From positions 11,222 to 75,221 of the forward strand of contig JBAYUD010000005.1 of assembly GCA_041675265.1 (NCBI GenBank): a stretch of DNA of 64,000 bases, written 5' to 3'. The notes under the pieces were generated by a model that did no database searches, had not been told where the DNA came from, and worked only from the letters and a program-made list of their open reading frames with translations. Positions 57,311 to 64,000 of the stretch are shown here, one piece after another (the stretch's first letter is position 1; the number at the start of each line of letters is the position of its first letter). The stretch is from Desulfurivibrionaceae bacterium (GTDB taxonomy: Bacteria > Desulfobacterota > Desulfobulbia > Desulfobulbales > Desulfurivibrionaceae). Position numbers and translations under genes: made by a program.

Positions 57311-58159
57311 TCATTTGATATCCTCAGGCGAACGCAATGATCGACTCCCAAGCACATAGGCGCCAACCTCAAGCTCCAGATGGTACCGCCTATCCCACTC
57401 CGGGGCTGGGGCAAAACGCCAAACCCAACTATCACAAGGCGGCTCCAGACCCCCCTCCCCCAGAATAACCTCCCGCTCCAGCTCGCTTTCATCCAATCCC
57501 CGGACCACCAAGGCGCGGTCTCCAATGAGAAGCCGCACTCCGGGCAGATCCCGCAGCCATTCGAGATGACGAAGCGCTGCGGCCCGACGGAGGTGCATGG
57601 AAAATTCCTCTTCCCGGGAACACCCTTTCTTCAGCCACTTGGCAGGCAGGTGGCCGAGCTGGGAGGCAAGATTCACGGAGACGGTGAGGTCGCAACTCGA
57701 GGCGAGAGCGGGGGGCAGACTTGGCGAGGCTTGGCGGAAGAGGGATATCGCCGGTTCGTCGTCCAGTCCATTGCCTGCCTGGTACAGTTTCTCCACCGCC
57801 CCGGTGCAATCGAAATCAACACAGGCGATGTTGGGGGCCACGGCTTCGGCCTTGCGACGGTTGCGGGGCAGGTGCAGGATATCGGCCAGGATTACCTGTT
57901 GGAAACGACCGGCCAGCTCGGCCAGGGGCACATCGTTGATCAGGCCACCCCCTAAGATCAAGGCGGTGCGGTGCTGGGAGCAGGTGTCGGCCGCAGCGAG
58001 GATGGCGGCGCGGCTGCGTTTGAGGTGCGGCTCCCAGCTGGCGCGGTTTCGTTGGCAACGGGCTTCGATGGCAAGCTGTTCCCGGAGAAAACCCATCCGC
58101 CGGAGATACCGGGGGCAGGGAGTGAGCAGGCTTTCCAGCCACAGAGTGATCAGGGACAT
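57311..58159 (-). CDS. Hypothetical protein, possible SAM-methyltransferase-like fold
   Basis: LILGGGLINDVPL..VILADI resembles Rossmann motif I; DLTVSVNLASQL. Confidence 0.55.
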   Translation of the reverse strand: MSLITLWLESLLTPCPRYLRRMGFLREQLAIEARCQRNRASWEPHLKRSRAAILAAADTCSQHRTALILGGGLINDVPLAELAGRFQQVILADILHLPRNRRKAEAVAPNIACVDFDCTGAVEKLYQAGNGLDDEPAISLFRQASPSLPPALASSCDLTVSVNLASQLGHLPAKWLKKGCSREEEFSMHLRRAAALRHLEWLRDLPGVRLLIGDRALVVRGLDESELEREVILGEGGLEPPCDSWVWRFAPAPEWDRRYHLELEVGAYVLGSRSLRSPEDIK

Positions 58160-58197
58160 AATGGTGCGGGGAGAGATGGGGAGGTCATATCAAGCGC

Positions 58198-59037
58198 TTA
58201 TCCTTTCTTCTTGGGGCGCGGCTTGGCGGGCGGTAAAAAATTCTCTCCGGAGACCACCGCTTTGCCGGTCTTGGCCTCCAGCGCCTTGCGCGCTTGCTTG
58301 GCTATCGCCCCGCCTTTTTTTGCCGCCCCCTTGTTTTCAGTCATCCCGGTTGCTTCATCCGTCTCGGCAATCTGTCGTGTCGATAACTCCGCCAGGGCGG
58401 TGAAAATCAGTTCCGCCTCGCTCATGTGGTCGCGCAGGTTCTGATCCTGCAAACCCTTCATCGCCTTGTGCGTCTTCACGCTCACCCCCGACCATTCCTG
58501 GTGGATGATGCTGGTGAGAATGGCGAATTCCTCCTTTTTGGTGATTTCGTGGCTTGCCCAGTAATCGGTCAGCTTGTTGCGCGTTTCCTGCCCGGTCATG
58601 CGCTGCTGGATCCATTTTTCGCTACGCCCGTGCTTCTGCCAGGTTTCGCGGGCGCGTTCCAGCGACAGCGCCGGATCAGCCATTTCCTGCATGCGCTCGT
58701 GGCCCACTTTAGCCAGCCAGAGCTTGATCGGCTCCGCCTTCGGGCTGGGAACGGATTGCACCAAACGCAGCAGGGTCTCGGCGGTGGCCACGTCGGTAAG
58801 ACGTTGCTTGCCGTCTTCGGCGGTCATTTTCAACTGGTGACAATTTGTCACCAGTTGGCTCCCTTCTTTGCCCAGCCGCTCTTTCAGTTTGTTCCAGTAC
58901 TTGCGTGCCGTCTGAAAATCCGGCTGCTGGGTCAACGCCTGAATGATATCCACCACCGAGAACCACCAGATTCCGGTTTCCTCGTCATAGACACGGCGGA
59001 TGGCGTGGGTTTCGAAAAAAGCGGATTGAAGTTGCAT
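58198..59037 (-). CDS. BRO-family (Bro-N) DNA-binding protein
   Basis: IRRVYDE..WWFSVVDII.AL..RKYWNKLKERL, PSPKAEPIKLWLA, LRDHMSEAELIFTALAE. Confidence 0.88.
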   Translation of the reverse strand: MQLQSAFFETHAIRRVYDEETGIWWFSVVDIIQALTQQPDFQTARKYWNKLKERLGKEGSQLVTNCHQLKMTAEDGKQRLTDVATAETLLRLVQSVPSPKAEPIKLWLAKVGHERMQEMADPALSLERARETWQKHGRSEKWIQQRMTGQETRNKLTDYWASHEITKKEEFAILTSIIHQEWSGVSVKTHKAMKGLQDQNLRDHMSEAELIFTALAELSTRQIAETDEATGMTENKGAAKKGGAIAKQARKALEAKTGKAVVSGENFLPPAKPRPKKKG

Positions 59038-59156
59038 GACTCGGCTCCTGACCATGGCATTCCGGGAAAATCAGGGATACTCCCCAGTTTCTTTTTGCCG
59101 CGGCAAAGTTCGGTTGTTGACGGCGGCGGAATATACTATTATTCAATACATCATCA

Positions 59157-59231
59157 GGGCGATTAGCTCAGCGGGAGAGCACTGCCTTCACACGGCAGGG
59201 GTCACTGGTTCGATCCCAGTATCGCCCACCA
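59157..59231 (+). tRNA. tRNA-Val (anticodon CAC)
   Basis: GGGCGAT/ATCGCCC acceptor stem, TAGCTCAG, CTGCC-TTCACAC-GGCAG anticodon arm, GGTTCGATCC, encoded CCA. Confidence 0.97.
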
Positions 59232-59267
59232 TTGCACACAACGGGAGCATTCGCTCACGATTCCCTC

Positions 59268-59738
59268 CTATGCCTTTTCGTGAAAGACAATCACCGCCTC
59301 CTGGTCGCGGCTCGCGATCTGGCGGGCCACTTTGGCCGGGACCACCTCGTAGCCTGCGCCGAGTTTGACAATGGCCAATTGGCCGCGGCTGAGCTGGTCG
59401 GTCATCTCCTCGGAGACGAAGATCCTCTTGATCTTGTTCTGTTCGGCAAAGTGGTAGGGCTCGCCCCGGCCGTCCCGGGGCAAGCGATTGGTCTCGATGA
59501 GCTGTTTTACCTGGGCCTTCTGCTCCCGCAGCCTGGTCTCCTCGGCGCGCTGGAGGTTGAGTTCCCGGTTGCGTTGCTCCTTGGCCGCCTGCTCCGCCCG
59601 TGCCGTGTTGCTGACCGCTGCGGGGGGATTGGTGCTGTTCTGCTTGCGGCTGATCCGTTTTTCGTGTTCGGCCTTTTTGGCCTGTTTTTTACTGGCCAGC
59701 CCGGCCTTGAGAAGTTGTTCCTGCAACGGGTTTGCCAT
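59268..59738 (-). CDS. DUF2058 (YaiL-like) protein
   Basis: LQEQLLKAGL N-terminus, QVKQLIE, QLSRGQLAIV, YEVVPAKVA. Confidence 0.85.
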   Translation of the reverse strand: MANPLQEQLLKAGLASKKQAKKAEHEKRISRKQNSTNPPAAVSNTARAEQAAKEQRNRELNLQRAEETRLREQKAQVKQLIETNRLPRDGRGEPYHFAEQNKIKRIFVSEEMTDQLSRGQLAIVKLGAGYEVVPAKVARQIASRDQEAVIVFHEKA

Positions 59739-59898
59739 GTGCGTTTCCTTGCGAGTGTATGCAACGGCCGGCAAAAGCATGCAGCTTTTTCCCAGCCATG
59801 AAGAATCGAATTGCTGCGCGGTATTTGACCATATTCGCCAAGGGATGCAAAGTGATATGATGGGCGCGGAGCAATTCAAAATTGTTGAATAACAGGTG

Positions 59899-60004
59899 CT
59901 TCGACAAGCTCAGCACGAACGGAGATTTGATTCGGTAAATGCGGAGGGAACAACGTAATTTCAAGATGTTAAAGAAACATCCGTTCGCCCTGAGCTTGTC
60001 GAAG
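59899..60004. repeat. REP-like 25-bp inverted repeat pair
   Basis: CTTCGACAAGCTCAGCACGAACGGA (59899-59923) vs TCCGTTCGCCCTGAGCTTGTCGAAG (59980-60004): 23/25 complementary. Confidence 0.75.
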
Positions 60005-60119
60005 GGGCCTTTTGCGAGATCGTCAATCCATGGTACAGCAAAAAACCATTGGCGCTGCGGCGCAAATATGAATACAAAAGCAACCATGAACCAACATCGG
60101 CAAGACATGCAAATGGTGC

Positions 60120-61346
60120 GTGATGACGACTGAGGCGCAAACAGGGGTACAAGGGGTGGAAAGCCGGAGCGAGCTTTTTTTCAGCCTGCTGGGGGAGAGT
60201 CTGGCCGGCCATACCTTTGTCAAACTCATCCTGGGAAAATATTGCGGGACGGAACCGGGGTTGGATCGGATCTTTGTCCGTCGGCTTACCCTGAAGGGGC
60301 GGGAGCACCTCTCCTTTCTCTACCGCTACCAGACCAAGGACATCACCAAGAATCTGGAGATTCCCACAGGCATCGCCGCCATCCGTGAGCTGTGCGCCAC
60401 CTCGTTCAACAACGCGCACCTGCAGACGGTGAGCGAGGATATCCAGCTGGCCAGGAGCAAGAAGGGCAAGTACACCCTGCAACGGGGCAAGGGGGCGGTG
60501 CGGGCTATCGCCCCCCAGGAGCATGACCGCGAAAAGGAGCGTTTTCTCGATCTTGCCGCCCCCTTTTTGCGGGAGCTGGGGGTCACCAACGCGCAGCACC
60601 AGCTCATCCCCTCCATGGCCCGCAAGTGGAAGCAGATCAACAAGTTCATCGAGGTTATGGACCACGCCATCGGGGCCGCCAAGCTCAAAGAGCAGGCGCT
60701 GGTGCGGGTGGTTGATTTCGGCTCGGGCAAGGGCTACCTGACCTTTGCCATGGAGGAGTATCTGCGCGCTCGCCTGGGGCTCACCGCCAAGGTGATTGGG
60801 GTGGAGTTGCGGGAGGATCTTGTCAACCTGTGCGCCAAGGCGGCCCAGAGGCTGAAGCTCGACACCCTCTCCTTCGTCCGGGGCGACATCCGGAGCTACA
60901 CCCCCGAGGGGATCGAGATCATGATCGCCCTGCACGCCTGCGACATGGCCACGGATTACGCCATCCATCTGGGGATTCGCGCTGGCGCTTCGATCATCAT
61001 GTGCGCGCCGTGCTGCCACAAGCAGCTCCGGCCCCAGATGCAAAGTCCCGAGCTGCTCAAGCCCATGCTCAAGCACGGCATCCACATGGGCCAGGAAGCG
61101 GAGATGGTCACCGACTCCCTGCGCGCTTTGCTCCTTGAGGCTTCCGGCTACGAGACCCAGATCTTCGAGTTCGTTTCCCTGGAGCACACGAGCAAGAACA
61201 AGATGATCCTGGGGGTGAAGGGGAGTGGCCCAAGGAAACAGGCGGAGCTGCTGGCCCAGATCCGGGGGATCAAGGAATTTTACTCCATCCGGGAGCACTG
61301 CCTTGAGACCCTGCTTATGGCCGACGGCTTGGGCCAGGGCGGCTGA
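60120..61346 (+). CDS. SAM-dependent methyltransferase of unknown substrate
   Basis: KWKQINKFIE, VDFGSGKGYLTF, ALHACDMATD, APCCHKQ. Confidence 0.85.
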   Translation: MMTTEAQTGVQGVESRSELFFSLLGESLAGHTFVKLILGKYCGTEPGLDRIFVRRLTLKGREHLSFLYRYQTKDITKNLEIPTGIAAIRELCATSFNNAHLQTVSEDIQLARSKKGKYTLQRGKGAVRAIAPQEHDREKERFLDLAAPFLRELGVTNAQHQLIPSMARKWKQINKFIEVMDHAIGAAKLKEQALVRVVDFGSGKGYLTFAMEEYLRARLGLTAKVIGVELREDLVNLCAKAAQRLKLDTLSFVRGDIRSYTPEGIEIMIALHACDMATDYAIHLGIRAGASIIMCAPCCHKQLRPQMQSPELLKPMLKHGIHMGQEAEMVTDSLRALLLEASGYETQIFEFVSLEHTSKNKMILGVKGSGPRKQAELLAQIRGIKEFYSIREHCLETLLMADGLGQGG

Positions 61347-61412
61347 AGAGAAATAACGCCTGGCCGTGTCTCCGTTTGGTGTTTTCCGGAGCCGGCCTGC
61401 AAGGAGGATGCG

Positions 61413-61709
61413 GTGGAAAAGACGGATTCCCTCACCAACCTGCTGAAACTGAATAATGTTGATATCTCCACGGTCAAGGCGAACAAGATTCTGGTGGCTC
61501 GTGGTCTGCTGGCCGAGAAAGAGCGGCCCAGCGCAAAATACGCGGGCAAGATGAAAAAATACAAGGCCCTGACCGAGCAGGGGCTCCAGTACGGGGTAAA
61601 CGTGGAGAACCCGAGCAGCCCGGGCCAGACCACCCCGCATTATTTCAGTGATTCCTTTGGGGAGTTGCTGGCGCTGATCCAACAGGAAAGCAAGCGAGGC
61701 CCCGCATGA
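61413..61709 (+). CDS. Small hypothetical protein, possibly DNA-binding
   Basis: Basic 98-aa ORF after AAGGAGG; overlaps the next gene (ATGA). Confidence 0.6.
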   Translation: MEKTDSLTNLLKLNNVDISTVKANKILVARGLLAEKERPSAKYAGKMKKYKALTEQGLQYGVNVENPSSPGQTTPHYFSDSFGELLALIQQESKRGPA

Positions 61710-61903
61710 GCGGCGGGGATCGCAGCGAGATCAAGCCCGGGTTGCGGGTCTGCATCGTCCTCAAGGAGGACCAGCGTTCGGGCAAGCTCACCGAGGGCAT
61801 AGTCAAGGATATCCTGACCAAATCCCCCACCCATCCCCATGGCATCAAGGTCCGGCTGGAAAGCGGGGCAGTGGGGCGGGTGCAAAAAATCGGAGCATTA
61901 TAA
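61706..61903 (+). CDS. YwbE-family (DUF2196) protein
   Basis: IVLKEDQRSGKLTEGIVKDILTKSPTHPHGIKVRLESGAVGRV. Confidence 0.9.
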   Translation: MSGGDRSEIKPGLRVCIVLKEDQRSGKLTEGIVKDILTKSPTHPHGIKVRLESGAVGRVQKIGAL

Positions 61904-62593
61904 ATGGCGCAACCATGGCGCGTAGTGGACAGCATTGACACCGACGAGGGGCTTCTCGACCTGCGGCAGCGGGGCGAGACGGATTTCCTCATCACCATCG
62001 ACAGCCGGGTGCTGATGACCTCCTCGGCTAATCGCTCCGAGATCGTGCTCTCCGAGTTGGCCTGCGCCCCCTTGCAGCAGATCAAGAGGCCCAGGGTGTT
62101 GGTGGGCGGCTTGGGCATGGGGTACACCCTCAAGGCGGCCCTGGACAATCTCCCCGCCGATGCCGAGGTGGTGGTGGCGGAACTCAACCCGATCATGGTC
62201 ACCTGGTGCCAGGGGCCCATCGCCCAATTAACCAACGGGGCGGTGGACGACCCCCGGGTCACGGTGAAGATCAGCGATGTGGCCAAGGTGATTGGTGAGG
62301 CGGCGAACAAGGGCAAGGAGCACCGCTTTGACGCCATCATCCTCGACCTGTACGAAGGGCCCTACGAGGGGGACCAGGGCAGGGGCGACTATCTCTACGG
62401 CAGGAAGGCGTTGGAAACAAGTCGAAACGCCCTGAAACCGGGCGGGGTGTTTGCCGTCTGGTCCGAGGACCCGGATGCGGCTTTTGAAAAACGGCTGCAG
62501 GCGGCCGGATTCTCGGTGAACCGCCAACGCCCTGGCCGGGGCGGGCGGCGCCATGTGGTGTACATCGCCGGGAAGGTGGAGAAGAATGGCTAG
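61904..62593 (+). CDS. Spermidine-synthase-like SAM-binding protein
   Basis: VLVGGLGMGYTL, VVAELNP, FDAIILDL. Confidence 0.8.
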   Translation: MAQPWRVVDSIDTDEGLLDLRQRGETDFLITIDSRVLMTSSANRSEIVLSELACAPLQQIKRPRVLVGGLGMGYTLKAALDNLPADAEVVVAELNPIMVTWCQGPIAQLTNGAVDDPRVTVKISDVAKVIGEAANKGKEHRFDAIILDLYEGPYEGDQGRGDYLYGRKALETSRNALKPGGVFAVWSEDPDAAFEKRLQAAGFSVNRQRPGRGGRRHVVYIAGKVEKNG

Positions 62594-62647
62594 CCGGGGG
62601 CTGGAGATCCTCGACCTGGGGAGTGGCGCGGGACGGAAAAGAGGATT

Positions 62648-62884
62648 TTATTTGAAATAGCCGCCTGTTTTTGCCCCGCCCACTGAAAATTTGTCGCGTG
62701 CTATGCGCATGGCAAAAATGGAAACAAAGTCCTTGACCACCGCCTCTGTCCAAATTTCGCGATAGGTGCGCATCAAAAACGATCTGATGGATTCCGGCTC
62801 GAGCTGAAGTTGTCTGGCCAGATCAGCGATAATGCCTTCAATAATTTTTTCGTCTGGGTCTTGCTTGCCGTTCTTCTTATCCAT
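62648..62884 (-). CDS. Small helical hypothetical protein (DUF3562-like)
   Basis: EAVVKDFVSIFAMR resembles the three-helix DUF3562 motif; GAGG upstream. Confidence 0.5.
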   Translation of the reverse strand: MDKKNGKQDPDEKIIEGIIADLARQLQLEPESIRSFLMRTYREIWTEAVVKDFVSIFAMRIARDKFSVGGAKTGGYFK

Positions 62885-62909
62885 CATTCCCTCCTCTACC
62901 ACGATCCGT

Positions 62910-64000
62910 TTATGACAGCGAGAGCAACAAGGGCACCAGCAGCCGGGGCTCGCAAAGGGGAGCGCTTTCCTCGCTGACCAGCGGACAGTCGATCAGCTGA
63001 ATTCCCAGTTCCGCAAGCCTTTCTTGATCCACTTCCCCGGAGTACCCGCCATTTTTTGAGTCGATGAGGACACAGTTCAGCACCTGATGGGTTGGGATGT
63101 CAGGCCGGTTTTTCCTCAGGTAGTGCAGCAAGGTTTCGATTTGATCCATCAGGGTCAGACCAACCGTCTCCGGATCCTTACCCATGCTGGGAATGTAGAT
63201 CTTCGGGCAGAGATTCCGCTGGATGGCCTCGGTGACCCCCTCCGGCAGCAGGCTGGCAATGATGCTGGAATAGAAGCTTCCCATGGGGTAGCAGATCAGC
63301 TGGGCGGAAAGGATCAGCTTGGAGAGCTTGTCGCGCACCCTTGGCCGGATCTCCCCCTTGCTGGAGGGGGAGGTGGTCATGCTGAGAAAGAGGTGGACGA
63401 TTTTTTTTCTCAGGGACGGCGCCTCCTTGCCGGTGAGCAGGTGCTGGCCTATCACCGCCTCGCCGTCGTCAAGCATTGCCCCGAGATGCAGATAACGGTT
63501 GAGCACCGGCCGGACCGTGCCCCGCGCCTCGACCAGTTTTGAAAAAAGGAAGATCACCGTGTCGAGATGCCGTCCGTTGTCCAGATATCCGGCGGTAAGG
63601 ACCAAGTTGCCGATGCTGGCCCCGGCCAGGGCGAAGTTCTCCGGCATCCTGGCCAGGAAGATCTTCAGGTGATGGCGGACGATCTTGCGCAAGGGATCGG
63701 GGATGACCGACACCAGGCGGTGTTTTCCCGCCGCCATGGCCCGCAGCTCCGTCAGGAGCTTTTCCTGGTTGCCCTCCTTGGGGAAGCGGTGGGCAAAGAG
63801 CCGGTACATCTCCGGGTTGCCCTGCACGCTCTGGTCGGCCAGATCCATGAGCCGGGCCCGGATATCGCCTATGGAGGGCATGAAAAACGTCTGCCGGAGG
63901 GTGGCCGAACTGCCGCCGGAATCGACGGCGGTCATGATGTGGCAGGAGTTGTGGGTGTAGCGGATCAGTTCCCGGCTCACCCCGCGCATGGCGCTGCCGC
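62910..64000 (-). CDS. CofD/YvcK-like protein (GAK-system type), 5'-partial
   Basis: Frame open to the window end (GSAMRGVSREL); TAVDSGGSSA, SIGDIRARL, ICYPMGSFYSS. Confidence 0.85.
   Translation of the reverse strand, partial: GSAMRGVSRELIRYTHNSCHIMTAVDSGGSSATLRQTFFMPSIGDIRARLMDLADQSVQGNPEMYRLFAHRFPKEGNQEKLLTELRAMAAGKHRLVSVIPDPLRKIVRHHLKIFLARMPENFALAGASIGNLVLTAGYLDNGRHLDTVIFLFSKLVEARGTVRPVLNRYLHLGAMLDDGEAVIGQHLLTGKEAPSLRKKIVHLFLSMTTSPSSKGEIRPRVRDKLSKLILSAQLICYPMGSFYSSIIASLLPEGVTEAIQRNLCPKIYIPSMGKDPETVGLTLMDQIETLLHYLRKNRPDIPTHQVLNCVLIDSKNGGYSGEVDQERLAELGIQLIDCPLVSEESAPLCEPRLLVPLLLSLS

Noticed and set aside
59117-59145. sigma70 promoter of tRNA-Val
   Set aside because: TTGACG is present, but the best -10 candidates are at 11-14 bp spacing; not supportable as a call.

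Overview
A GC-rich bacterial chromosome segment. Gene content (hyp genes, GAK-system CofD-like gene, Sec-type in-frame TGA) suggests an anaerobic Desulfobacterota-like organism; this is inference. Positions 1-43 kb and 59.2-64 kb are mostly core or metabolic genes: hypDE, a monoheme cytochrome c plus DUF3373-type outer-membrane barrel, c-di-GMP and two-component signalling, metF, a TatT-associated TRAP transporter, an amino-acid dehydrogenase / 2-oxoacid:ferredoxin oxidoreductase / acyl-CoA synthetase operon, and topB. Positions ~43.4-59.1 kb form an accessory/defence region ending at tRNA-Val(CAC). It holds mazEF, a broken Phd/RelE-like pair, a DUF4258/MqsA-like pair, TetR/DJ-1, a DUF3800 gene with an unknown partner, a type IB-like restriction-modification system and a BRO-family gene. 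The most interesting signals are not in the ORF track: (1) a probable ~60-nt structured RNA with its own promoter and terminator, convergent on the DUF3800-partner operon; (2) an ArsC/glutaredoxin-like selenoprotein (UxxC) split by an in-frame TGA, with a candidate SECIS; (3) a four-helix-bundle gene flanked by inverted 7-nt-periodic arrays that sits where the middle of a rhuM/fic gene should be; (4) an integrase-arm-like site with a perfect IHF consensus at the edge of the RM island; (5) a CTAG-bounded MITE-like element supplying the stop codons of two convergent genes. I found no CRISPR array, rRNA or integrase/transposase gene. All family assignments are from motif recognition by eye; no database search was run.
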